The notes: generated from the letters alone by a model not told the origin. Numbered from the stretch's first letter, positions 20,202-31,092 are shown. The stretch: 40,774 nucleotides of DNA from Promethearchaeota archaeon (GCA_030599585.1 JAUVNS010000027.1:1-40774), one strand, 5' to 3'. A program made the numbers and translations.

Positions 20202-21200
20202 TTAAATGTAAAGTGAGATCAAACCAATAGTTAAAGTAGCAATCGAACTCAATATACTAACTATATTCGTTGTGATCATTTTAGAGTTGAAAGGCCAGTT
20301 TTTATCTTCGCTTAAGATGTTATATACGTTCAAAGCGGACTCAAATGAATCGATATATTCAATATTTTCCAGAAACGGTTTTAATTTTTTCTTTAGACTT
20401 TCAATTTGCTTTTCTGTTATTTTATGGATATTTCTACTGCTTACTTCTAGAGAATACCCCATGCTTACTGTTAGCGTAATACCCACGATAAAGAGCCCTA
20501 AAGCGTTTAAAAGGTCTTGAAAGCCATATAGATATAATAAACCAATTAGTCCTACTATAATAGAGATAAATAATGGTCCCACAGTAGCTTTTTTTACGTA
20601 ATTTCCTGCTTCCCGAAGAATTCCTGTTTGTACGTCGTAGTAATCTAAATTTATAGTTTCATGGACGCGAATGTGACTGATATCGTATGAGCTTTGGACG
20701 ATAAATATAGCTGCAATTGAGGCAAAGCATAGAATAAAAGGATAAGTAAATAAGTTAAAGAGAATAAGTAGAGTGTCGATGGGATGATACCCAATTTTTG
20801 GGTTTGTATAATTAAAATAAGTGTAAATAATCCAAAAGATATTGGTCGCCATTATTAACGAGACTATAACAACCTTTAATATAATGGTAAGGCTTTTCCT
20901 CTCATCCTTAATCTCCGTATAAATTTCATTCATTGTTTTAACTTTTTTTTTAAGGATATCAAAACTTTGATATAAATAAGAACTAATATAGAAGGATACC
21001 CATATTCCTAAAATTAACCAAATGTGCATAAATAAATCGTGCGAGAAGTTTAGGGGTCTTAATACTAGGCTTATAACCGACTGCAAAATAATTAAAACCG
21101 TTAACACGCAAACAATATTTCTTATCCAATTACTAGATAATTCACCAATTCTCAGATTAATCTTTTTCATGTGGATTCTTGATTTTAAATCGAGATTCAT
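20202..21200 (-). CDS. Multi-pass membrane protein
   Basis: About 7 hydrophobic segments; C-terminal WPF followed by a TM helix. Confidence 0.75.
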   Translation of the reverse strand: MNLDLKSRIHMKKINLRIGELSSNWIRNIVCVLTVLIILQSVISLVLRPLNFSHDLFMHIWLILGIWVSFYISSYLYQSFDILKKKVKTMNEIYTEIKDERKSLTIILKVVIVSLIMATNIFWIIYTYFNYTNPKIGYHPIDTLLILFNLFTYPFILCFASIAAIFIVQSSYDISHIRVHETINLDYYDVQTGILREAGNYVKKATVGPLFISIIVGLIGLLYLYGFQDLLNALGLFIVGITLTVSMGYSLEVSSRNIHKITEKQIESLKKKLKPFLENIEYIDSFESALNVYNILSEDKNWPFNSKMITTNIVSILSSIATLTIGLISLYI

Positions 21201-21358
21201 TTTTATAAATTATGATTACTAGTAGAAAAAACTTCAAATGTTTTTTCTAAGACCAAGATTAAAACTTATATATTTTTTTTAGGATTAAATAATATTCTAT
21301 TAAGTTTTGAAAACAGAATCACCAGAAAATAAAATTAAGAGTTATTCCAAAATAAATT

Positions 21359-21736
21359 TTAATCTTTTCTTAATGTGTCTAATTCAATTATCCATTCAAA
21401 TTCTCCATAGAAACTTAGGGAATTAAATTTAGGAATTATTTTATTCAAATAACAAGTATCTTCCATTTGCTCATCTGGAATCACATTTAATTCGTTTTGA
21501 TAAATAATTAACTTAAGCTTATTTTGTGTTTTTAATTCTAAAAATGGTTTTTTTTTAAAATCATAAACATACCTAATTTCATTCCAATAAAGTTTTCCCA
21601 CTCTACTTCCATCTTTTAAAAATTCAACTCTAGCGTCTCCCATTTGTGCTTTGTTAATACTTTGTTTATAGAATTCATCGTGTACTTCATCATATTCAAA
21701 CCCATGTTCTTTTTTCCTTAACATTTGTTTATTCAC
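21359..21736 (-). CDS. Hypothetical protein
   Basis: 125-aa ORF with GGTGA-like RBS upstream. Confidence 0.55.
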   Translation of the reverse strand: MNKQMLRKKEHGFEYDEVHDEFYKQSINKAQMGDARVEFLKDGSRVGKLYWNEIRYVYDFKKKPFLELKTQNKLKLIIYQNELNVIPDEQMEDTCYLNKIIPKFNSLSFYGEFEWIIELDTLRKD

Positions 21737-22056
21737 AATTATTTCACCGTATTGCTATTGTTCTATAGTTAATTATTATATTAAATTTTGTATCTTCTCT
21801 GATAAATAATAGAATTTCATTGGTGCTCCAGAATATTTTTTCTCTATTGTTTAGAAATTTTGATATTTTAAATCAATATCATCTATTTACAGGTTAAAAT
21901 ATTTAAAAAATTTTTATTAAGATTGAAAAAAATGTTTAGGATACATTTTATTTTTGCTACAATGATGGAATTCCCTTATTGATAAAAACTACAATTTGAA
22001 AGTAATAATAAAGTTAACGAAATGAAAGGAGTATGGGTTAAATTTAAATACTTACC

Positions 22057-22980
22057 TTGATTTTTTTAAATGTGTCAAAACAATTATTTGATAAATGTCA
22101 GATTAAAGAAAGGAAGCTAAAACATCAAATTAATTTAGATTGGGCAAATTTTTCGATCTTTTGGGGCATTAAAATTGTCGACAAAATTATTGAATGGTAT
22201 CTGAATTTAGAAAATTATCGAGATTTATTGCTTCAATTACTTCCTAAAGCTCGAATTAAAGAGAATATAAATTCTAAGACGCAATGGTTTGATCATACTG
22301 TCCCTTGGTATTGTCATTTGGATCCCGATATAATCCCAGAAGTTTTACCAAGAGAACAAAACTGGCGCTCTATTTTTGGTCAAATAAAATCAGCTCAAAG
22401 ACACTTAGAAAAACAGAGCGTAGAAAAAAACGATCTTTTTCTTTTTTTTGGTTGGTTTAGGAAGACTAAAATAGTAGAAAAAAGTAGTGGTGCGAAATTG
22501 ACATATGACCCGGCAGATCCTCAAGGTAGGCATATCATTTTCGGTTATTTACAAATTGAAGAAACGCTAAAGAAAAAAGATTATTTAAAGATCCAATCGT
22601 GGATGAAACCACACCCTCATTTGGGGAAAGGTTTATGGAACGCTCCTCATAATACTCTTTATATTGCACGAACAACACTCTCTTGGAATAGAAATTATGC
22701 TGGTGCGGGCTATTTTAAGTTTCATAAAGATCTCGTTTTAACAGAAACAAACACTAAAATAAATCCTAAGAAGAACCGATCGATCTGGAAATATTCTTTT
22801 TTACCTTTTGGAACAGAAATAACTTATCATAATAACGATAGTTGGATCGAAAAGAATAATGAACGTGGAGAAAAAATACACTATTTCAAATCTGCTGACC
22901 GAGGGCAAGAATTTATCGTTGACAATTGTTTAGAATTAGAAAATACTATAAAAAAATGGGATTATTTTAATCAAAAATAA
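22057..22980 (+). CDS. Nucleotide modification-associated domain 3 (Nmad3) protein, probably 5'-truncated
   Basis: CHLDPDI, FGQ..SAQ.HL, DLFLFFGWFR, HIIFGYLQI, HPH, RGQEFI. Confidence 0.75.
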   Translation: MIFLNVSKQLFDKCQIKERKLKHQINLDWANFSIFWGIKIVDKIIEWYLNLENYRDLLLQLLPKARIKENINSKTQWFDHTVPWYCHLDPDIIPEVLPREQNWRSIFGQIKSAQRHLEKQSVEKNDLFLFFGWFRKTKIVEKSSGAKLTYDPADPQGRHIIFGYLQIEETLKKKDYLKIQSWMKPHPHLGKGLWNAPHNTLYIARTTLSWNRNYAGAGYFKFHKDLVLTETNTKINPKKNRSIWKYSFLPFGTEITYHNNDSWIEKNNERGEKIHYFKSADRGQEFIVDNCLELENTIKKWDYFNQK

Positions 22981-22986
22981 TAATAT

Positions 22987-23676
22987 TTAACAATTATCTT
23001 GTCCTATTGTCTCATCCGCTTCTGCTTCTTTTAGATCACTTTGAGAACATTTCACATCGTATTTTTTTGATAAAATCTCTTTTTTCATTTGAGGGTCTCC
23101 GTTTATACCTTTTTTTCGTTTTCTAATCCATTCGATAAAATCGTTGGCATATTCGTCGTTAGATGTTGATCTATGACTTTGACCTTGCTTTATTATGCCT
23201 TTCAAGTTATTTGGAAGTGGTTTGGGGTTATTTCCAAAATAATAGAAATCTGTTGATAAAAGAGCGCATTGACCTCCCAAATCGGTTTTCATATTCTCTT
23301 CGGTGTGAACTGCCTTTCGAATTTTAGGATTTGATGTATCTGGATCGGAAAAATCGTATATACAATCTCCGATTCTTTTCGTGTAATCTCCGCTATCCCA
23401 GTCTGGTATTTTTCCAGGGTAATTTATGTTGCAAAAAGTATCGTATTGTTTCATTGACATTTTATTTGTTATTCTCATAGCATATACGACTTGTCCTGAA
23501 ATGTCTCCGATAGGAGAGTTTTTTGAGCCTAACCCCACTACCCAATCTTTTACTTTTGCGGTTCTTCTAATAACTGGTTTGCATATAACTAAAGTACATA
23601 TTCCATGATATGGATTTGGAGCAGACCCTCCATCGTGTGGAATAACGTAACTAAATAATGTTGGTTTATCTGCCAT
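22987..23676 (-). CDS. Nucleotide modification-associated domain 2 (Nmad2) protein
   Basis: LFSYVIPHDGGSAPNPYHGICTLVICKPVIRRTA..DWVVG; GDCIY; LLSTDFYYFG. Confidence 0.85.
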   Translation of the reverse strand: MADKPTLFSYVIPHDGGSAPNPYHGICTLVICKPVIRRTAKVKDWVVGLGSKNSPIGDISGQVVYAMRITNKMSMKQYDTFCNINYPGKIPDWDSGDYTKRIGDCIYDFSDPDTSNPKIRKAVHTEENMKTDLGGQCALLSTDFYYFGNNPKPLPNNLKGIIKQGQSHRSTSNDEYANDFIEWIRKRKKGINGDPQMKKEILSKKYDVKCSQSDLKEAEADETIGQDNC

Positions 23677-23693
23677 ATTAATAGCTTTAATAT

Positions 23694-25703
23694 TTAATTT
23701 ATCATCTTACCGCAGCACTTTTTATATTTCACCCCACTTCCACATGGGCAAGGTTCATTTCGACCAACCTTTTTAGGCTTTTTTAGTGGTATTATGTTTA
23801 TATTTTCATCTTGTGGAATCTCTATGCCCTTTATCTTATTGATATTGGATTGCATTTCTTTTACTTTATCTTTCATTCCCAATTCAAGATAAAGTGCCAG
23901 AGCTCTTCCCAGATGCTTTAGAGAATCATATTTCTTATTCATTTTATCATATATTTGACCAATTAGATCATTTCCTACGGCTTGATCAAATTTATCACCT
24001 ATATAACCAGCAATTTTCAATGATTCTTTACATGATTTTAGAGCCCTCTGAAAGTTTTTTCGAGTATAGTAAATAAAACCGAGGTTGTTGAGACAAGTGG
24101 CGTGGCCAGAAAGATCTCTTAATTGATCTGTAAGGTTTAGCACTAGCTTGTTTATTTTTAATGCTTTTGAATAATTCTTTTGAACAATATGAACACCTCC
24201 TATATTGTTAAGAACTACAGCTTTTCCTGATAAGTCTCCTAATTTCTCGTAGATCTTTAATGCCGCGCTATAAAACTTTAGTGCTCCTAAATATTTTGTT
24301 TGTTCAAAATAAATAAGACCCATATTATTAAGAGTTGGAGCTTTACCTGAAAAGTTTTCTAATTTCTCGTCGATCTTTAAAGCCTCTTTTAAATATTTTA
24401 AGGCTTCTGAATATTTTCCTAGTGATTTGTATAACTTACCCATGTTATTAAGACTTGTTGCTATTCTACGAAATGACAATTTATCTCCTTCTAAGCTTAA
24501 TTTTTCATGAATCTTTAATGATTTCTGACAGTATTTCAGTGCTTCTGAAAAGTTCCCTTGTGCATCATAAATCTCCGAGATGTTACCTAAAGCCAAAGCC
24601 ATCCATTGTTGGTCTTCTATATCTTTAGCAAGCTTAAGAATTTCTCTCGAACATCTTAATGCATCATTATATTTATCAAGAGTATTATAAATCCCATAAC
24701 AAATTTGATTTTTCCAAAAATTATTTGATGGTCTAATATTTGTCTTTAACCAATCATATGGATTTAAGGAAAAAACTTCCGTATCTTTTTTTGGTTTTAT
24801 TTCTATAATTGTATTAATCAACCTTGTTGTGTTTGCATCTACACGATAAACGTGCTCTGCGTTGTTAGCTCGTTTTATTTCTTTTAAAATTTGATTAATT
24901 TTATCTGTATTATCAGTTGTATCTGAATTAATTTCATAAACTAGTTCCTTACCGCCATCATTTCGCACATATTTTATCCATATAATGCTTTTAAGGTTTT
25001 TTAAAATCAATAATGTAGGAATTACATCAAAGTCATCGCTTCCTGAATAACCTATGACGACCAATGAACGATCTCTTGAAATATTATTGAACGCTTCTCG
25101 TTGAAAAGGTTGGATTTGGAATACATTTAACCCTTCCTTATTTAACCCTAATGCTTGAATCGTGGCAACCAGAGAATCTTTTGTATCCTCTCCCGTGATT
25201 AAATTTTTCGTCGAACCATGAATTTTATATAATGTTTTTTTACCATTCTTAAATAATTCATTTGGATTACTATAGTTTTCAAAATCCTGTTTTGTAATGA
25301 TGGGAATAATTTCCTTTTTAGAAACTTTAGATTGTAATAAAGCATATTCAATTAAAAAATCAAAATTCGTGGTCATGACAAAATGTCCTTTAGTAATCAG
25401 ATCTGCCAGAAAGAAATGCTGAAAATTCGGTTTATCGCATTGACCATAATAATCTATAATTTTAAGTTTTGGATCTAAAGTATCACGCAAAATTCCCACT
25501 AATTGTTCAAACCTAAGTTCCTCTAATTCTAAAATTTTCTCAATCTCAGATTCGGCACATGTATAATTAATGATTGCTTTCATCATAGAGCGTCCGGCTG
25601 GTAAACACGAGGGAGGATCAACAGAACACCCTGCACCTACAAGAAAGGTTAATTTTGCCTTATCATTAAATAAATCCTTTATAGTGAGATTTGTAGGTTT
25701 CAT
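23694..25703 (-). CDS. SIR2-like domain + TPR repeats + SEC-C motif protein
   Basis: FLVGAGCS, TTNFD, KIHGS, IGYSGSDDFD; about 7 TPRs (LNNMG/LNNIG); GRNEPCPCGSGVKYKKCCG. Confidence 0.88.
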   Translation of the reverse strand: MKPTNLTIKDLFNDKAKLTFLVGAGCSVDPPSCLPAGRSMMKAIINYTCAESEIEKILELEELRFEQLVGILRDTLDPKLKIIDYYGQCDKPNFQHFFLADLITKGHFVMTTNFDFLIEYALLQSKVSKKEIIPIITKQDFENYSNPNELFKNGKKTLYKIHGSTKNLITGEDTKDSLVATIQALGLNKEGLNVFQIQPFQREAFNNISRDRSLVVIGYSGSDDFDVIPTLLILKNLKSIIWIKYVRNDGGKELVYEINSDTTDNTDKINQILKEIKRANNAEHVYRVDANTTRLINTIIEIKPKKDTEVFSLNPYDWLKTNIRPSNNFWKNQICYGIYNTLDKYNDALRCSREILKLAKDIEDQQWMALALGNISEIYDAQGNFSEALKYCQKSLKIHEKLSLEGDKLSFRRIATSLNNMGKLYKSLGKYSEALKYLKEALKIDEKLENFSGKAPTLNNMGLIYFEQTKYLGALKFYSAALKIYEKLGDLSGKAVVLNNIGGVHIVQKNYSKALKINKLVLNLTDQLRDLSGHATCLNNLGFIYYTRKNFQRALKSCKESLKIAGYIGDKFDQAVGNDLIGQIYDKMNKKYDSLKHLGRALALYLELGMKDKVKEMQSNINKIKGIEIPQDENINIIPLKKPKKVGRNEPCPCGSGVKYKKCCGKMIN

Positions 25704-26002
25704 TTGGACTTTCGCTTAGAATAACATCTTAATTAAATTAATTATACAGAAATTGACATCTTTATTTATAAATTTTCTTTAAGTGCTTCTTTTACTCTTA
25801 AAACTCTTACGCTTAAAGGTCTAGAGATTTTCTCAATCTTTATAAATATAAATTTGATTTTAAATAGATTTAACCCTCACTAGCCGAGATGTGTCGTTTC
25901 TAAACTCTATTGAAGAAAAAATTACTATTTTTGATAATTTTCTAGAAGACTAGTTTTTAACTCGTCTAAATTTTGTTAAATTAAACCTCTTGATAGTAAT
26001 CT

Positions 26003-26860
26003 TCAGTTAGTAAAGAATGATTTTTCTTCTTGAGCGATAAAGATGGTGAGATCAGGAATAAGTACGTCAAGATCTAGTCTTAATTGGTAAATTATTTTAT
26101 ATCCTAAAGAGAGAAAAATAAAAACAATCAGGAAAATTAAGAAAATAAGACTGCTAAAAGTTACGATAAAAGGATCGAGCCCTGGATTGTTATTAATTAG
26201 ATCGTAAGAATCTCCTATTCCATAAATAGATCCTAAAAACCAATAACATGCGTCGTTAAATAATTCAATCCATATTATCACGCTAAGGGAAGCATTCAAC
26301 ACCAAAGGCATCTTTTTGTCTTGTTGGAGTGCGATTAAAAAGATCATTCCAATTAAAACCATCCAAAATGTACCTGAGATTAGTATTAGATTACGTTGCT
26401 CCAGGGATGGAAATCCAATGTATTTCACAAAGCCGTTTGTAAGCGAAATGGATACTTCCAAAATTCGTTGATTAAAACTGAGTGCAACTATTAGATGACC
26501 GATTTCGTGAAAAAATACTCCTAAGTTTACAAAAAGTTCCCTTAAAAATAGGTATGATCCTATAAAGAGCAATGCTATTAATAATCTCACACAGAAGATA
26601 TCCCCTAATGTCAAAATTCTTTTATTTTTACCCACTTTCAAATAGTTTAGATTTTCAGCTGGTGGATTATACACGCGTTTCTCAAAAAGAGATGAAATTG
26701 TAATAGATGCGTACTCCAATCCAAAATATATTAAGACTAAAGCAGACAATTCAAATATAACTTTTAGCAAGATTAAAATTCCTATATAACTTAAAGTGAG
26801 AGCAAGGATGAAAATTAATACCCCTATACAAGCTCCAAGAAGATATTGCTTTAACTCCAT
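26003..26860 (-). CDS. Membrane metalloprotease, M50B-like
   Basis: HEIGH zinc motif within TM helices; later GD motif. Confidence 0.7.
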   Translation of the reverse strand: MELKQYLLGACIGVLIFILALTLSYIGILILLKVIFELSALVLIYFGLEYASITISSLFEKRVYNPPAENLNYLKVGKNKRILTLGDIFCVRLLIALLFIGSYLFLRELFVNLGVFFHEIGHLIVALSFNQRILEVSISLTNGFVKYIGFPSLEQRNLILISGTFWMVLIGMIFLIALQQDKKMPLVLNASLSVIIWIELFNDACYWFLGSIYGIGDSYDLINNNPGLDPFIVTFSSLIFLIFLIVFIFLSLGYKIIYQLRLDLDVLIPDLTIFIAQEEKSFFTN

Positions 26861-27045
26861 TAGCTTATCATCTTATGATTTTTACTTTTATTTAATTTAT
26901 TTGCTCTCGTGTTAATAATATAAAGCCTGATTTATCCGACTTAAATTCGACAATTTTCGCTGCAAATCAATCAAATTTATTCGGTAAAAATTTCTAATCT
27001 AAAATGGTCTTATCGGTTATTAGTTCGAAAATAATTTCGTTTTGT

Positions 27046-27219
27046 ATGGAAAAACCTGAATCGTATTTTGACTGGGAACAGATCTTTAGAAAAAAGAGAG
27101 CGAAAAAGATAAGCAACCCAAATGATATAAGAATCATTAACTCCATCGGACTTCCTCACGATTTTTTTAAAAGTTACTTGAAGCTCTGGAAATCAGAAAA
27201 CATAACCAAGAAATTATAG
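27046..27219 (+). CDS. Small hypothetical protein (57 aa)
   Basis: MEKPESYFDWEQIFRKKRAKK...; internal ATG of ORF 27004-27219. Confidence 0.35.
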   Translation: MEKPESYFDWEQIFRKKRAKKISNPNDIRIINSIGLPHDFFKSYLKLWKSENITKKL

Positions 27220-27396
27220 TTTTTAATTACTAAAATCTGAAGAAAAAACTAATCTTGAATGATCTTTACCAGTAAAAGTAAGATTTTACCGGTTAATTTC
27301 AGTATAATCTTTATATTCCATCTTCACCACTATAAATTTGATCGTTAATTTTTAAAATAAGAAATCTAATTATGTTGCGAGGTTTTCGTAAGAAAA

Positions 27397-28761
27397 ATGC
27401 CTGATGAAAAGAAAATTGAGATTAATGGACCAGTAGAAATAGTAATCGGTAAAAAAGAGGAAAAGAAAAAGGCTGTTACGATACCAACTAAATGCAAAGA
27501 TGGCAAAAAAATATTTTATCCCGAACCAAGTAAGAAGTTTGATAAATTCTTTATTGACGAGTCTAATAAATCTACACAAAAGGGGTTATTAACTTCAATT
27601 AAAGAAGAGGTACTTGATATTAAGCCTGATGAATTTTTGATAATCTGTAATAACAAAACCAATAGTGCTGATTGTAATAGCATTATTCCTATACCGATTC
27701 ATTGCGGTAAGTCAATGATAATATTAAAAGAAACTGGTGATAAAGTTACAGGTAAATGTGATATTTGTAAGATTAGTAGCAAGATAAAAGAACTTAGGTG
27801 TCCTACTTGTAAAAAGATTGTCGTTTTATCTGCCCTCAATTTGCAACCTAAAGAAAATAAAATCGAACGGATCCTGGTCGATCTTAACGGATCCACGCAA
27901 AATAAAATAATTTTATGCCCCGAAGGGAACACTTTTAAAAATTTAAAGTTAGCGTTGTATAAGACTTCAAAAGGTAAACCGTCTGATCTTCTTAGATATG
28001 ATGCAAAAAATGGAATTGTTCCTAGACAAAAAAAGGAAAATAATGAAACAGAGAATAGTGAAAATAATAAGAAAATTTATGTAAAGTTTAAGCAGTTTAA
28101 TCATAAGACGGGAAATAGAGAGGTAAGAACTTCTTTAATAATTGGAAACATAAAAATGTTAAAATATAATCGATCGTGGGAAATACCCCCTTTAGGGCTT
28201 CCAAAAGGGACGGTGAGATCGATTCTCTTGTTAACGGTATTCTGGCTATTCTTAGGTTTTTTCCTACCTGAACCAGATAAAATTTTTCATCCGATCCAAG
28301 TAGAAGTTCTCATACTACTCATTGTAGTGTTTATTCCCTCCCTTCTCGATAAATTGGACATAAAAGACGATTATAAAACGGGAGGTAAACTCACCTTTTT
28401 AGGTGGTGCGGGTATATTTGGCTGGTTAATGTTTCAAGAATTTTTTGAAGCAAATACCTTTAACTTGATGATTGCTCCTTTATTTGTTTTAGTCGGAATA
28501 GCACTCAGAAAAGCTGTGAACGAAGTTATTAGTAACCACCCCGAAAGTGAATTAAAGAAGCTAGTAGTTAAATGGGCTTGTCATATCCTATCTCTTTTAG
28601 TAATTGCCTACGTAGGTGGCTACGTGTATTTTAATTTAGAGTTAGGGACAGAAAACATACCGGATATCTGGCACATTATCTTTGCTATTCTCACATCGTT
28701 TTATGTGTCCGAGAGATTGTTCGAGCAAGATGTTAAAATTAAGGCGACTTATTACCCCTAA
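27397..28761 (+). CDS. Membrane protein with Cys-rich N-terminal region and about 6 C-terminal TM helices
   Basis: CDIC/CPTC pairs; PPLGLPKGTVRS precedes the TM block. Confidence 0.75.
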   Translation: MPDEKKIEINGPVEIVIGKKEEKKKAVTIPTKCKDGKKIFYPEPSKKFDKFFIDESNKSTQKGLLTSIKEEVLDIKPDEFLIICNNKTNSADCNSIIPIPIHCGKSMIILKETGDKVTGKCDICKISSKIKELRCPTCKKIVVLSALNLQPKENKIERILVDLNGSTQNKIILCPEGNTFKNLKLALYKTSKGKPSDLLRYDAKNGIVPRQKKENNETENSENNKKIYVKFKQFNHKTGNREVRTSLIIGNIKMLKYNRSWEIPPLGLPKGTVRSILLLTVFWLFLGFFLPEPDKIFHPIQVEVLILLIVVFIPSLLDKLDIKDDYKTGGKLTFLGGAGIFGWLMFQEFFEANTFNLMIAPLFVLVGIALRKAVNEVISNHPESELKKLVVKWACHILSLLVIAYVGGYVYFNLELGTENIPDIWHIIFAILTSFYVSERLFEQDVKIKATYYP

Positions 28762-28847
28762 AAGCAGTTATTTCAGCGGTATAATGTTTTCTCAATTCCT
28801 TTTTTTATTACTCATAACTTAAAAGAAAATTTAAGGTAGAAAATACA

Positions 28848-29003
28848 TTAGGGTAGACCGAATTCTAAAGCTCGCTGTTTGAACCATTCAATAAAATCCG
28901 GGTATGTTGATTCGTTTATTAAATCTTCCACTTTGTAAATGTGAAGGTATCCGTGTCGAGAAAAATATATGCCTATTTTGGTGATTTTGTTGTTGTCAGA
29001 CAT
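28848..29003 (-). CDS. Small hypothetical protein (51 aa)
   Basis: MSDNNKITKIGIYFSRHGYLHIYKVEDLINESTYPDFIEWFKQRALEFGLP. Confidence 0.35.
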   Translation of the reverse strand: MSDNNKITKIGIYFSRHGYLHIYKVEDLINESTYPDFIEWFKQRALEFGLP

Positions 29004-29160
29004 CCCCTGAATGCCGCCAATTCTGTACAACGTATAATAGCCTTAATTGTTATCTTTCTAGTATTCGATCTCAATAAAAATTCCCTCTGAGCCAAAAATG
29101 GACGAGTATTATAAATAGGAAAAAATCTTGAGAAAAAATAAAATAAGTCACAATAATAAG

Positions 29161-29454
29161 TCAACCTAATATTTGTTTTATGTTATCGGAATTACCCGTC
29201 ATGTGCACCTTTTCCACTCCTTCTACAATGTAAAACTGCGCGTCTTTGTAAGGCCAAAATATTCGCTCCTCTCCCGGCAAGCTCGCAGTCACCACAGCTT
29301 CAAAAATATCTTTCACGACCTCGCAGGTTTTTTGATACTTTTCGAACTGACTTTTCTCGTCTCTGACCGCTTCCACGTTAAAAATAACAATTTCTTTCCC
29401 TTCAGCGCTAATCAACTGAGAGATTCTATCTATTATATATTGCCATTTAACCAT
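29161..29454 (-). CDS. Hypothetical protein
   Basis: 97-aa ORF co-oriented with its neighbours. Confidence 0.6.
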   Translation of the reverse strand: MVKWQYIIDRISQLISAEGKEIVIFNVEAVRDEKSQFEKYQKTCEVVKDIFEAVVTASLPGEERIFWPYKDAQFYIVEGVEKVHMTGNSDNIKQILG

Positions 29455-29498
29455 CCAATCATTATACTTAAAGCTGATCTTAATTCACCTTCCAAAAT

Positions 29499-29762
29499 TT
29501 AATAAGGAGGTTCTTCTCCTAAAAGATAAAACGCCGCGTTCATCAATATTTCGCAATCGCAATACCCCCCATTCTCCTTACAAATTTCCAACACTTTTTC
29601 TTGATCTGGTTGAGGAATTCTCATTAACGTAAGAATTTCTCTTGCGTAAGTAAACTCAGGACCACCGCACTTCCATTCGTCTCCGCCAAATTGACACTGA
29701 ATTCCTAACGCATCGAGAAAAAAGCGAAGTTGTAACTGCGTAAGTGGCAAACCTTTAATCAT
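29499..29762 (-). CDS. DUF2695-like protein
   Basis: ENGGYCDCEILMNA signature. Confidence 0.75.
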   Translation of the reverse strand: MIKGLPLTQLQLRFFLDALGIQCQFGGDEWKCGGPEFTYAREILTLMRIPQPDQEKVLEICKENGGYCDCEILMNAAFYLLGEEPPY

Positions 29763-29798
29763 ATTGAACTATGAATTTTGTTTTATTTAAAGAAAAAA

Positions 29799-31076
29799 TC
29801 ACCAATCCTCAAACGAGCCCTCAAATAATTCTTTGAAAAAATCGGGAGAATAATCAAACACCCTGAAATCTAATAAATTGCGCATACCCCAGTCTAGCTG
29901 ATGTAAGTTTTTGTATTTTACGAATGTGAACTCAGAATTTCTCAGTCGGTAGAGCGTTTTTTTCGCCCTATTTATCTTCTTTTCGAACATATACAGATGG
30001 GCGAGAAAAAATAAGGCTTTTTCGTCGTTTTTGTAAAGCATCAAAATTTTTCTCAATACGAGGATTGCCATTCTTGTATCCTTGATCTTGATGTATCTGT
30101 TTGCTAAAACCATTAGATATTCGTAATTTATGAAATCCTTTTCTACGAGTAAGTTTAATACTTTTATTTCTGACACTAAATCCCGTTTGCGTTCAAAATA
30201 CCCTCCAAGACAAGATAATGCTTGTTTGTCCACAATATAGGGGAATAAGTCTTCAACGCATTTCTCTTTCAAAAATTGAAGGTATTTACCACTGATTAAA
30301 AAAAGTTGGACCGCAGTGGAACCACTTTTTAACCGCTCCAAAATTTCTTGAGCTAACGCTTCTTTAGCTACGGAGTCTCCAACGCTTGAAAGCTTTTTTA
30401 ACAGCGGAAAGGCTAAATTTCTATGTAAGAGACACGTATCGTAATTATTTTCTACCCATACTTGTAGGTTCGAGCAATGTCCTTTGAATTCTTCTTCCGG
30501 AGTCAAGCCAACTTCTTGGGGCGTGATTTCATTTTCTAGTTGTTTACTGTAAAATTCGCTCGCTTGGTCGATTGAGTCGTAATCGCACACTTCGCTCAAT
30601 GGAACCTTCATAAGCAAGTATTTGCAAATTCTAAACGGCTCACCTTTTATGTATATAACCGTTTTTTCGCAAACAAACCGCACCGTTAAAAAATCGTTGA
30701 GCTTAAACTTAATCGAGGGAAATTTTTTTCTTAATCTCAACAAAATGAAAAGATCTACTATGTACCACCCACCCACACATAAAAAGGTTATAAAATAAGG
30801 TGTAAAAGTTGATAAAAAAGAGAAAGACGCGTCAAACAACACTTGCATAAAGATATTGACCGGTACCTCCCAAAAGATGAGAATTGTCGTAACCCCTAAT
30901 ATTAGACCTATGAGAGTAAGCCCAAAGAACGCTGAAGATATCTCTATTACATTTTTAGCAACGGCTTTCCAATGTTTCATATCAACTTTTTTTATCAAAT
31001 AGTTATATTTAAAGAAAAAAAAAAGGGTGGATTCAAAACTCAGTGATGACATTGAAGGTAGAATAGACTCATACAA
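29799..31076 (-). CDS. Membrane-anchored protein with a Lokiarchaeota-type conserved domain and C-terminal TPR-like repeats
   Basis: Two N-terminal TMs; FKLNDFLT..TVIYIKGEPF.ICKYLL..PEEEFKGHCSNLQVW.E..YDT.LLHRNLAFPLLKKL. Confidence 0.7.
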   Translation of the reverse strand: MYESILPSMSSLSFESTLFFFFKYNYLIKKVDMKHWKAVAKNVIEISSAFFGLTLIGLILGVTTILIFWEVPVNIFMQVLFDASFSFLSTFTPYFITFLCVGGWYIVDLFILLRLRKKFPSIKFKLNDFLTVRFVCEKTVIYIKGEPFRICKYLLMKVPLSEVCDYDSIDQASEFYSKQLENEITPQEVGLTPEEEFKGHCSNLQVWVENNYDTCLLHRNLAFPLLKKLSSVGDSVAKEALAQEILERLKSGSTAVQLFLISGKYLQFLKEKCVEDLFPYIVDKQALSCLGGYFERKRDLVSEIKVLNLLVEKDFINYEYLMVLANRYIKIKDTRMAILVLRKILMLYKNDEKALFFLAHLYMFEKKINRAKKTLYRLRNSEFTFVKYKNLHQLDWGMRNLLDFRVFDYSPDFFKELFEGSFEDW

Positions 31077-31092
31077 TAAAAAAATGAAGTAT

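Noticed and set aside
13465-25703. SIR2-HerA defence system
   Set aside because: This HerA belongs to the NurA/Mre11/Rad50 operon, and the SIR2 gene is over 8 kb away
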